64,000 bases of DNA from a bacterium (lineage in GTDB: Bacteria; Patescibacteriota; Microgenomatia; Daviesbacterales; UBA10151). A model generated the notes under the pieces. The model did not search any database. It was not told where the DNA came from and worked only from the letters and a program-made list of their open reading frames with translations. The DNA is taken from contig JAJYNW010000015.1 in the NCBI GenBank assembly GCA_021786105.1, forward strand, positions 1-64,000, read 5' to 3'. The position numbers were made by a program, and so were the translations under genes. Positions 55,200 through 64,000 of the stretch are shown here, piece after piece (position 1 is the first letter of the stretch; each line of letters opens with the position of its first letter).

Positions 55200-56291
55200 A
55201 TGGTTAAATCAAAAAGAGAAACACAACTGGACGAAAAAAAGCTCCTCAAGTTAGGCAAGGATCGGGGTTTTGTGACCCAGGAGGAGATTTTGCAGGTTTT
55301 TCCCAAGCCGGAAGAAACAATCGAAAAGCTGGATGAGTTTTTTATTAAATTAATCGAAGACAGTATTGATGTTTTCGAAACCACGGCTGAGGAGCTGGAA
55401 GCGGAAACCAAGTCCACTACCGAGCTGGAAAAAGAACTGGAGATTTTATCGACTTTGGAAGGCGGTTCGGTGACGGATCCGGTCAGGCAATACCTTCGCG
55501 ATATCGGCAAGATCCCGCTGTTGACTGCTGCTGATGAGATTGATTTGGCCAAACGGGCCGAGAAAAACGAAAAAAGAGCCCGGGATAAATTGATCAGCGC
55601 CAATTTGCGGTTGGTAGTCTCAATTGCTAAAAAGTATGTTGGGCGTGGTATGAGCCTTTTGGATTTAATTGAAGAAGGAAACATTGGTTTGATGCGGGCA
55701 GTGGATAAATATGACTGGCGGAGAGGTTATAAATTCTCTACATATGCCACTTGGTGGATTAGACAAGCTATTACCCGGGCCATTGCTGATCAAGCTCGAA
55801 CTATTAGAATTCCGGTGCACATGGTGGAAACTATTAATCGATTTAACCGGACTCAAAGAAGGTTGATGCAGGAGTTGGGCCGGGAGCCAACCCCGGAAGA
55901 GGTGGCTAAGGCTTTGGGAATCGATGAAAGCAAGGCCCGGGAAATTATTAAAGTATCTCAAGAGCCAACTTCTTTGGAGACTCCAGTGGGTGATGAGGAA
56001 GATTCGCATTTGGGAGATTTTATTGCTGATCAGGGTTTGCAGCCGGACGAGCAAGCTACCCGGGAACTGTTGAAAATTCACTTGGATGAGGTGTTGGGTA
56101 GTTTATCACCGCGGGAAAAAAGAGTTTTACAGTTAAGATTTGGCTTGGAAGACGGTAAGCAAAGGACTTTAGAAGAAGTGGGGAAAGAGTTTGGGGTGAC
56201 CCGGGAGCGTATCAGGCAAATTGAGGCTAAAGCCATTAGGAAATTAAAGCATCCAACTCGTGCCAAAAAACTCCGCGATTACCTGGAATAA
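55200..56291 (+). CDS. rpoD: RNA polymerase primary sigma factor
   Basis: [35 protein letters not shown] and [18 protein letters not shown] motifs. Confidence 0.97.
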   Translation: MVKSKRETQLDEKKLLKLGKDRGFVTQEEILQVFPKPEETIEKLDEFFIKLIEDSIDVFETTAEELEAETKSTTELEKELEILSTLEGGSVTDPVRQYLRDIGKIPLLTAADEIDLAKRAEKNEKRARDKLISANLRLVVSIAKKYVGRGMSLLDLIEEGNIGLMRAVDKYDWRRGYKFSTYATWWIRQAITRAIADQARTIRIPVHMVETINRFNRTQRRLMQELGREPTPEEVAKALGIDESKAREIIKVSQEPTSLETPVGDEEDSHLGDFIADQGLQPDEQATRELLKIHLDEVLGSLSPREKRVLQLRFGLEDGKQRTLEEVGKEFGVTRERIRQIEAKAIRKLKHPTRAKKLRDYLE

Positions 56292-56298
56292 CTTCCTT

Positions 56299-56343
56299 TG
56301 TCATTGCGAACCCCGCCCGTATGGTGCGAGGGTGCGGCAATCT
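56299..56343. repeat. half copy of REP/RPE-like element after rpoD
   Basis: TGTCATTGCGA...GCGGCAATCT, left arm of the valS-insert family. Confidence 0.6.
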
Positions 56344-56346
56344 ATA

Positions 56347-56616
56347 TTACTTTTGTAATCTATTCCAAAGCAAAGCAAAAACATAACCAAAGACGTAACC
56401 TATTATGGCAGTAACGACTATTAAAGTTACCCATTTAACTACATCAAATGATTGGACAGTGAATGGATTATTCAAAAAATGAATGCCGTAAACAAAATCC
56501 AGTATGGCTCCAGCCAAACCCATGGCCACCAGTAAGCCCCAGACAAAATGCCACAGCCCGGCAAATGTTCCCACCACCAACGCTGTTTTATTGGGATTTA
56601 ATTTCAAGTTTCTCAC
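56347..56616 (-). CDS. small membrane protein
   Basis: Hydrophobic ORF, H..W.LLVA.G.A...D.....HF. Confidence 0.6.
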   Translation of the reverse strand: MRNLKLNPNKTALVVGTFAGLWHFVWGLLVAMGLAGAILDFVYGIHFLNNPFTVQSFDVVKWVTLIVVTAIIGYVFGYVFALLWNRLQK

Positions 56617-56700
56617 CCCCTCTAAATTAGGTGTACATCGTTGGGTTTAAAAATGCAAGATCAGTTGGTATAATTGCAGAGCTATTTAACAATTAAATAT

Positions 56701-56775
56701 TCCCCTGTAGCTCAACGGTAGAGCAGGAAGCTGTTAACTTCAAGGTTCGTGGTTCGAATCCACGCGGGGGAGCCA
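56701..56775 (+). tRNA. tRNA-Asn(GTT), probable integration site
   Basis: TCCCCTG acceptor, GAAG-CTGTTAA-CTTC anticodon arm, TTCGAAT T-loop, CCA. Confidence 0.94.
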
Positions 56776-58263
56776 AGGTGTTTTCTGTATAACCTGCTGA
56801 TTATCGCGCAGTGTCGCGAAAATCGGAGTTGGGACAGTTGCAAAAATCTTCTTATTTTTAACCATTACCTTCTCATAAAAGAACCTTAAGTAGTGCCGCT
56901 TCATAAAGGGTGGCGCATCCTTATAAGTCGCGTAAATATCGCGTGTGAAGGCCAATGTATCGTCAATCAGGTTGATATCGATTCTGCAGCGGTCATCGAC
57001 ATCCTGTAATTGTGTTTCCATTTGTCTTACCTGATCCTGTAGCTCGGTGTGCTTGCGCTTAAACACTTCCCGGTCGATTGTTCCCTCAATCAGCGCATCC
57101 TCAAGCTTATTTCTCTTCATCTCAAGGGCTAGTTTCTGATTAAGAATGCCCTGCTTGACACTTGTGGCATTTGCGCGGCTCTCTTCCAGTTTCTCGCGCG
57201 TTTTTCGGACAACGGCTTCGATAAAATCAGGGCTAAACTGCATATTCTTAAATTCCTGCTCAACCTGATACTCAAGATCATCCACTTCTACATATGGTGC
57301 GCGACAACCATTTCGTTCTCGCTTAGGGCAATGATAATAGGCTATCTTGCCGCCTCGAGCGCGCAGTTTATGCGCGTTCTTATGCCATTCAGCCACATAA
57401 CGCTGACCACATTCGGAACAGTAGACAAAACCGCCTAAGAGCCAGTTGTGTATTCGGCGACGCATTAGAAAGTTGCGATGCTTGGCCAGAACATACTGGC
57501 AGGTGTCATATATGTCTTTTGAAATAATTGGTATGTGATTGCCCATCTTTCCTTCGCCGTGCCAACGAATCCAGCCGTAGTAGAAGGGGTTGTTGAGAAT
57601 GGTGTGAATAACGCTGTGACCCAAACCTGTGCCAGTTCGCGACAAGATATTGCGTTCTGCCAGCCAATCCTGAATCTCAATGATGGAATAGTTGCCTGTG
57701 GAGTAAAGTTCATACAGTTCTTTGATAATTGGCGCAGTGTAGGGGTCAGGCTCGCAGGTTTTGCGCTCTCTGTCACCGCCAACAGTTCGGTAGCCAATAG
57801 GCGGTGGTGTAGGTTGCCAACCTTCCCGGAATTTTTGTACCAGCGCGTCACGCGTGCGCTGGCCGTTTACATCAGATTCCCATTCAGCGACACTAGCGAG
57901 AATATTAGCAATAAGACTCGATCCTTGCGTCACATTGCCTTCTAAGACAGAAATCATCTGAAGCCCTTTTGACTCGATCTCTTTGCGGGTATCGCGAAAA
58001 TCTGAAACATTGCGCGCAAAGCGGTCGATTTTGTAGATAATCAGCGCGTCAACTTTGAACTCATCGACTGCTTTAAGAAGTTCTTGGAAGGCTGGGCGTT
58101 GCGTGGTGCGCCCGCTTTTGCCATCATCGAGAAATATGTGCTTTACATGGTAATCGTGGCTACGCGCATAATCCATACAGGCGCGTTTTTGGTTCTCCAA
58201 CGAGAAGCCTTCAGTCGCCTGTTCATCGGTTGAAACGCGCAGGTATAAGTAGCAGGTATTCAT
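56740..58263 (-). CDS. large serine recombinase (resolvase, recombinase, zinc ribbon, coiled coil)
   Basis: YLRVSTDEQ, D.GKSG, RPAF, KIDRFARN, P.GY, LNNPFY.G, C..C...YYHC; C-terminus WLPRVDSNHEP is antisense to the tRNA. Confidence 0.92.
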   Translation of the reverse strand: MNTCYLYLRVSTDEQATEGFSLENQKRACMDYARSHDYHVKHIFLDDGKSGRTTQRPAFQELLKAVDEFKVDALIIYKIDRFARNVSDFRDTRKEIESKGLQMISVLEGNVTQGSSLIANILASVAEWESDVNGQRTRDALVQKFREGWQPTPPPIGYRTVGGDRERKTCEPDPYTAPIIKELYELYSTGNYSIIEIQDWLAERNILSRTGTGLGHSVIHTILNNPFYYGWIRWHGEGKMGNHIPIISKDIYDTCQYVLAKHRNFLMRRRIHNWLLGGFVYCSECGQRYVAEWHKNAHKLRARGGKIAYYHCPKRERNGCRAPYVEVDDLEYQVEQEFKNMQFSPDFIEAVVRKTREKLEESRANATSVKQGILNQKLALEMKRNKLEDALIEGTIDREVFKRKHTELQDQVRQMETQLQDVDDRCRIDINLIDDTLAFTRDIYATYKDAPPFMKRHYLRFFYEKVMVKNKKIFATVPTPIFATLRDNQQVIQKTPWLPRVDSNHEP

Positions 58264-58472
58264 ATTCCCCGGTTTAGGTCGCTGAACCTCATTTTCATCG
58301 GGCGCTGTCCGTATCTTCGTGCTATCTTTGCGGCTTCTTTGTTGATTATGTCCAGATACGGCTTCGTTTTTTCTTTCGCCTGCTCGTAGGTCATCACGCC
58401 ATGTCGCATCGCCAGATGTATCGCGCGCGTCTCTGCCAGCAATTCTCGCAAGTTTATCTTTTCGTTCTTCAT
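58260..58472 (-). CDS. small hypothetical protein upstream of the recombinase
   Basis: 70-aa ORF, ATGA-coupled to the recombinase start. Confidence 0.6.
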   Translation of the reverse strand: MKNEKINLRELLAETRAIHLAMRHGVMTYEQAKEKTKPYLDIINKEAAKIARRYGQRPMKMRFSDLNRGI

Positions 58473-58524
58473 AATGTCTTATAGTCGTATCAATATTCAT
58501 AAGATTTTTAGCTTATTGCAAGCC

Positions 58525-58911
58525 TTAAGTTTGATTTTCCTTTGCGCGTTTCCAAGTCGCCACATCGGTAAAGATAATACTTAACGGCTCGCCATCCTTA
58601 CTCTCGTGCTGTATCCTGTCGGTCTCAATCATTCCGTGGTCTGATTTCAAAAGAAAGATAATGACAGAAGGGCTTTTAAGTCCAAGTGTCTTTAGGGTCA
58701 GCCGTTGGTGATCCATTATGCGGTCTACCGCTCCGCAAAAGTCCTCATTAGCCTCGGACCAGCGTTTTAGACTATCTGTACTTACCCCTAAACGCTCGGC
58801 AAACTCTTCAAGAAAAGGTATTTTCCGGGCGTTTTTGCACTCTATGAGGTACTTTTCCGCCTCTTTTATAAACTCTCCTTTGTACTTAGTTGGCCTACCC
58901 ATTTTTGTCAT
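58525..58911 (-). CDS. terminase small subunit-like protein
   Basis: MGRPTKY N-terminus, HTH (FAERLGVSTDSLKRW), IFLLK..HG and G.PL.I.F tail typical of TerS. Confidence 0.65.
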   Translation of the reverse strand: MTKMGRPTKYKGEFIKEAEKYLIECKNARKIPFLEEFAERLGVSTDSLKRWSEANEDFCGAVDRIMDHQRLTLKTLGLKSPSVIIFLLKSDHGMIETDRIQHESKDGEPLSIIFTDVATWKRAKENQT

Positions 58912-59666
58912 ACTGATTTTTTCTGCTGTTCACCATGTTTTTCAAAATATTCCTTAACTTTTGCATTAAAAACCTTGCCTTTGTTCTCAATAGTAGGATC
59001 CTGTTTTATCTCCCTGACATACTGATAAAACATGTTTGGGGGTAGTCCTTTTTCTAATGCGCGCAAATAGGTTAATTTTAGTGCCCAAGGATGGTCTGGC
59101 TCTAGCGCTATATGTGCCTCATTGGCCGCAACCTCACCCTCGTTAGTGGGATTAAAAAATTTACTTGTATAGTTTTTTTCCACTTCCATACCTAAAAACT
59201 CTTTATCGGCGACATATTCGCTTTTATTACTCTCTGTTGGATTTAATTCGCTTATATTAGATTGAGTAGCACTAGTGGTACCATTTTGTATCCCATCCGT
59301 CTCCAAATTGGATCCATTATTATTAGTAAGTGAGGGTAAATCCGAAGGTTTATATCTATCACTTTTAATTTGTTGATACTTTCCCCAATTTATAAATTCA
59401 ACAAACCACTCTTCAGTTTTCAGATTAGGCCACCAATATATCAATCCCGCATCGTGCATTTCTTCTAAATAATGCTTAATTTTCTTAAATGACCATTTCT
59501 TCAAAGGAACGACAGTACCTTTTATGGACTCCGCTTCTCCTCGCATTCTTCCATCATCATCAGCGTGAGCAATCATCCAAGTAAAGAGTAGCTGCGCAGG
59601 TGGGGAAAGTTTATTTACCTGCAACGAGGTTGATATTTTGTTATGTAACATTCGAGCTTTAGCCAT
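58908..59666 (-). CDS. phage-type replication initiator (replisome organiser-like)
   Basis: MA.ARM......S......LS..AQLLF......ADD.GR and NW.KYQ....DRYKPS motifs. Confidence 0.7.
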   Translation of the reverse strand: MAKARMLHNKISTSLQVNKLSPPAQLLFTWMIAHADDDGRMRGEAESIKGTVVPLKKWSFKKIKHYLEEMHDAGLIYWWPNLKTEEWFVEFINWGKYQQIKSDRYKPSDLPSLTNNNGSNLETDGIQNGTTSATQSNISELNPTESNKSEYVADKEFLGMEVEKNYTSKFFNPTNEGEVAANEAHIALEPDHPWALKLTYLRALEKGLPPNMFYQYVREIKQDPTIENKGKVFNAKVKEYFEKHGEQQKKSV

Positions 59667-59844
59667 GATTATTTTTATTTATTCGCGCTAAGGCGATACC
59701 CTTTTTTATTCTTTTGCTCATTTGCTGTTTATAGTAGGCATCGGTTAGCTTTTTTGCTCGTACATGGGTAAGTACAAGATTTACCCATTGTTCAGCAATT
59801 TTATCTATTTTCAGGTCCTTATTACTGTCGTTTTTGCTAATCAT
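59659..59844 (-). CDS. small hypothetical protein
   Basis: ATG 59844 coupled (ATGA) to the upstream stop; IAEQWVNLVL. Confidence 0.5.
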   Translation of the reverse strand: MISKNDSNKDLKIDKIAEQWVNLVLTHVRAKKLTDAYYKQQMSKRIKKGIALARINKNNHG

Positions 59845-60092
59845 TTTTGTGAAAAAAGCCTGTCTTTTAATGACCTCAAAACTTCTGAGTATCGCCTCGC
59901 GTCGAGCTTTAAGCCACCAGACCAATAGTCGTTGGCTAGTTGTTCACAAACAGATTTATTGGCAAAAATGAACCAGAAGAATTTACTTTCTTTTTGGAGT
60001 CTTAGTAGTTGTACAGAAGAACAGATTAGCCCAGCTGCCTCGCCGAGGTCTTTCGTAAAATATTCATCAATATACGCCTTATCCATATACAT
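59841..60092 (-). CDS. small hypothetical protein (DUF5659-like)
   Basis: TKDL.EAA.L...F.F.F...YW.G.L......Y...LR.LK.RLF pattern. Confidence 0.55.
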   Translation of the reverse strand: MYMDKAYIDEYFTKDLGEAAGLICSSVQLLRLQKESKFFWFIFANKSVCEQLANDYWSGGLKLDARRYSEVLRSLKDRLFSQK

Positions 60093-60179
60093 ATATGATC
60101 AGGCATATCCGTGAGGTTGAATACACGAGGTAAAAACTACTTCAGCCTTATTTTGGAGCAATTTTGAGGATATTTGAGG

Positions 60180-60626
60180 TTATGGTTTAATTTCTACTTT
60201 ACAATTCAGACCGAACCCCTTGTCTACAATAAAAAAGTCGTTAACCTTATCCTTCACCAAACCGAGCTCTTTTCTAATTGTTTGGATCGTATCTCGCGCT
60301 CTTCGATCTGGAGTTGAATCACTGTATTCGCGAGCCTTATTCAAAACCTCAGCTGTTTGATCGGCTGTATATATTTTCCCTGGATATTGGATCAAAAGTG
60401 ACAATAATAGATAGCCGTTGTCTCTAGGACCAAAGTGGCCTGTATGGTTTTTACCAGATCTGTCTATATAAGTAACATTTCCGGTGCTTTTATAAAATTC
60501 TAAAGTGTTCGATCGATCCGCTAACATACCCCGCTGATCTATTATTTTTTGTTTATTATTTCGTGGATTGGTTTGCCCAGAAATTAAAACATAGTCCTGA
60601 AGTTGTTTATTTTTCCCCATATACAT
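60180..60626 (-). CDS. winged-helix DNA-binding protein
   Basis: Y.LL.LL...PGK.Y...DTIQ.IRK.LG...GF.L, OmpR-type wHTH pattern. Confidence 0.55.
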   Translation of the reverse strand: MYMGKNKQLQDYVLISGQTNPRNNKQKIIDQRGMLADRSNTLEFYKSTGNVTYIDRSGKNHTGHFGPRDNGYLLLSLLIQYPGKIYTADQTAEVLNKAREYSDSTPDRRARDTIQTIRKELGLVKDKVNDFFIVDKGFGLNCKVEIKP

Positions 60627-60693
60627 CTACATTTCCGGGCAGGAGATCTTTATTTTAGCAGAAAATTATGTTCAGTTCTTCTCTCTCGACAGC

Positions 60694-61314
60694 TTACAGC
60701 GAGGTAAGTCCGTCATACTTTGCGGCGCGGTGATTAGTGTTATCCGTAAAATAGTACTGAGCAATTTTGTATCCATAAGCGGTTTGGTCAAGTTCCAGCG
60801 CCATGCGCACTACCTTCGCGACATAGCCGACAAACTCGCCTCCAGATGGGATTATGCGCAACTCATCTACAATAACGCGCACTCGCGCGCCCTGTCGGCT
60901 CACGCTGCGCACATAATGCGCATCAACGGAGAAATTACGCCCTTGTGTTGCAAAAAGTCGCGCCGGGTTTGATACACCAACACGCGCGAGATCCACACCG
61001 AGTATAGAGTCTAGTTCTGACTGTTCCTCTTTTGTTTCAGGTGAAGAAAAGAAGTTCATGACTTTCTCCGCATCTCTTTGCTGTAGTGCGTTTTCAAAGG
61101 TATCCGTCAAAGCCACAACCTGTGTTTGTTTATCATCACTGACACCTGAAGCGCTAATTCCTTGCGCTTCGAGAACAATCTCGTTTCCGGTGTTTATCTG
61201 TTGAGTTTGGGGAGTAACGCGATGTGCAAACCACCCAATTGAAAAGCCCAGTAATAAGAATCCGGCAGGAACGAGTAGCATGAGCGCTTTGTATTTTTGG
61301 AAAGTGTTAAACAT
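60694..61314 (-). CDS. membrane-anchored hypothetical protein
   Basis: N-terminal TM; ATG 61314 preferred. Confidence 0.6.
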   Translation of the reverse strand: MFNTFQKYKALMLLVPAGFLLLGFSIGWFAHRVTPQTQQINTGNEIVLEAQGISASGVSDDKQTQVVALTDTFENALQQRDAEKVMNFFSSPETKEEQSELDSILGVDLARVGVSNPARLFATQGRNFSVDAHYVRSVSRQGARVRVIVDELRIIPSGGEFVGYVAKVVRMALELDQTAYGYKIAQYYFTDNTNHRAAKYDGLTSL

Positions 61315-61318
61315 AATT

Positions 61319-61531
61319 TTATTTACCCCAAACACGAAAGATAATAAGACAAGGAACAGAGACAATAATGCTTCCTAAAATAAATTGAGTAAAGTTTGGC
61401 TCAGTCCAAGACCTTAGAACTGTCGTTCCCTGAGTTTCTACAACTGGGGTAAGTGTAAAAACAAACATTAGGGCGATCAAAACAACCCAAACAGTCAAAA
61501 TTACCTTTTGGCTTTTATTTAATGTTTTCAT
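61319..61531 (-). CDS. small two-TM protein
   Basis: Two hydrophobic helices; AGGGGTGA SD-like site upstream. Confidence 0.6.
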   Translation of the reverse strand: MKTLNKSQKVILTVWVVLIALMFVFTLTPVVETQGTTVLRSWTEPNFTQFILGSIIVSVPCLIIFRVWGK

Positions 61532-61574
61532 TCTCCATGCTCACCCCCTTTGGGTTTTTGCTGGAGAGGAATGT

Positions 61575-61705
61575 AAAAGCTCCCCGCTAGCGATGGCTTG
61601 CGCCACCTGCAAACCTTTCGGTCTGCAACCTTCGCAGGTGCTCTAACGAGGAGCTGTTTCCTGCGAAGGTTTTGATGCCATGCCCCTTACGGGGTTTAGG
61701 CAATA
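61575..61705 (-). ncRNA. candidate structured RNA (four-way junction with GNRA loops, alternative pairing)
   Basis: Four GNRA-capped hairpins and G-U-compatible stems on the minus strand; TATAAT at 61721-61726 (minus). Confidence 0.6.
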
Positions 61706-61779
61706 TTAAAATGTGAGGTAATTATACAACATTTGATGTATAATTGGGTGGAAGTTTTTTGTCTTAATAAGGGTATTAC

Positions 61780-61965
61780 ATGCCAAGAGCCATAAAACTA
61801 TTAAGAATACGCGAGGCGGCGGAAATGTTGGGGGTAAACCCCGAAACGCTACGGCGTTGGGACAAAAGCGGCAAACTTAAACCTATCATCATAAGTAAAC
61901 GCGGTGATAGGCGCTATAAAAAGGAGGATATTGTACGGTTCCTTAAAAAACTTGCCGAACAATAA
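61780..61965 (+). CDS. MerR/excisionase-type HTH DNA-binding protein
   Basis: LLRIREAAEMLGVNPETLRRWD..GKL...G.RRY motif. Confidence 0.88.
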   Translation: MPRAIKLLRIREAAEMLGVNPETLRRWDKSGKLKPIIISKRGDRRYKKEDIVRFLKKLAEQ

Positions 61966-61979
61966 CTATAAAAATAAAT

Positions 61980-64000
61980 ATGGAATATGTTGATGAGCAC
62001 GCCACGCGCAAAAAGTGGATAGACGATAAACTCAAAAAATCGGGTTGGGAAAACATTATCCCCTACAAAGAGGGCTTAGATACAACCACACTACACAAAA
62101 CCGCAGTTGAGGAGTTTGTTACCGCGACTGGACCCGTTGATTATGCGCTTTTTGCCAATGGTAAATTAGTTGCGTTTGTTGAGGCTAAAAAAATCGGTCT
62201 TGGTCCCCAAAATGTATTATCCCAAGCTCAACGTTATGTAAAAGGTGCCCAAGCTCAAGGACAGGAAGTGCCGTTTATTTATTCCACAAATGGCGAAGTG
62301 ATTTGGTTCCAAGATTTACGCATAAGCCCAAGCCGCTCACGCCAAGTCGCGGAATTTCACACACCAAAGGCACTTATTGAATACCTCACCAACCCGACCC
62401 ATGAGAATGTACGTTGGTTTACCGATAACCCGCCCGATTATGCCAAGTTACGCTACTACCAACGCGACGCTATTGTTGCCATTGAAAACGCCATAGCTAA
62501 TCACAAACGCTCAATGCTTGTTGCTATGGCAACTGGTACGGGCAAGACATTTACTATTGCCTCACTCGCTTACCGCTTGCTCAAATCGGGTGTAAGCAAA
62601 CGCATTTTGTTTTTAGTTGACCGTAAAGCGTTAGCCGCCCAAGCAGTGATGGAGTTTGCGGCATATGAGGCGGAAAACGGCTTAAAGTTTAACCAAATAT
62701 ACCAAGTGTATAGCCAACGTTTTCACCTAGACGATTTTGAAAGTGATGAAAAAGTTGATTTTAATATGGTACCCACAAGTTACCTTACCGACCCCGACGG
62801 GAACCAAGTATTTGTATATGTATCAACCATACAGCGGATGCAAATTAACTTATACGGCAAGGAGGGAATGTTTAGTTACAGTGGTGATTATGACCCCGAC
62901 GATGATGCCGATAAAATTGATATGCCTATTAACGCCTTTGATACGATTGTTGCCGATGAATGTCATAGAGGTTATACCTCACAGGAAGTGAGCAAGTGGC
63001 GTGGCGTACTTGACCATTTTGATGCCTTAAAAATAGGACTTACGGCAACACCAGCGGCACACACAACTAGCTATTTTAAGGAAATTGCCTACCGCTACAC
63101 CTATGAGCAAGCCGTACAAGATGGGTATTTGGTTGATTATGACGCCGTAAAAATATCCTCAGGTGTTCGTATTAAAGGCATTACCCTAAAAGAGGGTGAA
63201 GAGGTTGAGCAAGTTGATACCGAAACGGGAGCGCAACAACTTGATTTACTTGAGGACGAGCGGCATTTTGAGGTTGCTGATGTTGAGCGCGATATTACCG
63301 CGCCCGATAGCAACCGCAAAATTATCCAGGAGTTTGCAAAATATGCCCTTGAGCAAGAAAAAGAATTAGAGCGTTTCCCCAAAAGTTTGATCTTTGCCCA
63401 TAATGACCTGCCACACACGTCTCACGCCGACCAGTTGGTTGATATTTGCCGTGATGTATTTGGCAGGGGTGATGCATTCGTGCAAAAAATAACGGGTTCA
63501 CCCACCGTTGACCGACCGCTCACCCGCATAAAGGAGTTTAGAAACCGCCCCGACCCTCATATTGTTATCACCGTGGACATGCTATCAACAGGTGTCGATA
63601 TACCCTCAATTGAAAATATTGTGTTTTTGCGCGCTGTAAAATCGCGTATTCTCTTTGAGCAAATGCTTGGGCGTGGCACAAGACTTTGCAAAAACTTCCC
63701 CAATGGTCTAGGCACGCTCGAAAAAACTCACTTTACGGTGTTTGACTGCTTTGACGGCACGCTTTTGGAAGCATTCAAAAATAGCACAGGTATTACCCAG
63801 GTCACACCAGTAAACCCAACCCGTACTATTGAACAAATTATTAGCGATATAAACAACAACATTGATGTTGAATACAATACGCGTTGCCTCGTAAAGCGAT
63901 TGCAACGCATCGCCAAAAACATTACCTCTGAGGGTCGGGAAATGTTTGCTAAATACATAGCCGATGGCGACATTGCCGCCTTTGCCAAAAACTTACCCGA
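61980..64000 (+). CDS. hsdR: type I restriction enzyme R subunit (partial, runs off window; not in ORF track)
   Basis: ATG 61980; VDYAL...VEAKK...QAQRY nuclease motif, LRYYQ, MATGTGKT, DECHRG, GLTATP, MLSTGVD and QMLGRGTR motifs. Confidence 0.92.
   Translation, partial: MEYVDEHATRKKWIDDKLKKSGWENIIPYKEGLDTTTLHKTAVEEFVTATGPVDYALFANGKLVAFVEAKKIGLGPQNVLSQAQRYVKGAQAQGQEVPFIYSTNGEVIWFQDLRISPSRSRQVAEFHTPKALIEYLTNPTHENVRWFTDNPPDYAKLRYYQRDAIVAIENAIANHKRSMLVAMATGTGKTFTIASLAYRLLKSGVSKRILFLVDRKALAAQAVMEFAAYEAENGLKFNQIYQVYSQRFHLDDFESDEKVDFNMVPTSYLTDPDGNQVFVYVSTIQRMQINLYGKEGMFSYSGDYDPDDDADKIDMPINAFDTIVADECHRGYTSQEVSKWRGVLDHFDALKIGLTATPAAHTTSYFKEIAYRYTYEQAVQDGYLVDYDAVKISSGVRIKGITLKEGEEVEQVDTETGAQQLDLLEDERHFEVADVERDITAPDSNRKIIQEFAKYALEQEKELERFPKSLIFAHNDLPHTSHADQLVDICRDVFGRGDAFVQKITGSPTVDRPLTRIKEFRNRPDPHIVITVDMLSTGVDIPSIENIVFLRAVKSRILFEQMLGRGTRLCKNFPNGLGTLEKTHFTVFDCFDGTLLEAFKNSTGITQVTPVNPTRTIEQIISDINNNIDVEYNTRCLVKRLQRIAKNITSEGREMFAKYIADGDIAAFAKNLP

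Larger units (their letters stand above)
56740..64000. mobile_element. integrated element (phage-satellite/prophage-like genomic island), right end outside the window
   Basis: Starts at the tRNA-Asn 3' end; recombinase, TerS-like, replication, HTH and HsdR genes; visibly different (CGCG-rich) codon style. Confidence 0.8.

Noticed and set aside
58264-58500. N-terminal 79 aa of the 586-aa ORF-track recombinase
   Set aside because: The catalytic YLRVS motif begins right after ATG 58263, and the extension overlaps a separate coupled 70-aa ORF
61575-61705. c-di-GMP-I riboswitch or tRNA
   Set aside because: Lacks the GGCAAAC/GACGCAAAGC core and the tRNA T-loop and anticodon features; kept as an unknown structured RNA
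62737-63988. Short ORF-track calls at the right end
   Set aside because: They overlap the continuous hsdR frame starting at 61980, which the track missed because it has no stop in the window

Overview
Chromosomal window from a small-genome bacterium, most likely a Patescibacteria/CPR member of the Microgenomates type. This is inferred from gene content (DUF4012, arrays of VirB2-like pilins, compact ValS/Fmt) and pervasive leaderless promoters. The window contains the replication origin region (jag-yidC-yidD-rnpA-rpmH <> dnaA-oriC-nuclease-dnaN), housekeeping genes (def, fmt, rpmB, tsaD, valS, rplY, rnhA, smpB, comF, dnaG, rpoD), tmRNA and 7 tRNAs. A conjugation-like type IV secretion locus (6 VirB2-like pilins, VirB6-like, PrgI, VirB4, SLT/C39 hydrolase) is split by an opposite-strand island carrying a cobalamin riboswitch, hicB, an AAA ATPase and a 1434-aa orphan. 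From 56.7 kb an integrated element starts at tRNA-Asn, with a large serine recombinase, a TerS-like gene, a replication initiator, a candidate cloverleaf switch RNA and a type I R-M HsdR. Notable non-gene structure includes dispersed 7-nt-periodic hairpin elements tied to a four-helix-bundle gene, REP/RPE-like palindromes inserted in frame in valS and tsaD, and three small cassettes bracketed by 23-44 bp direct repeats. All calls come from reading the sequence; no database searches were run.
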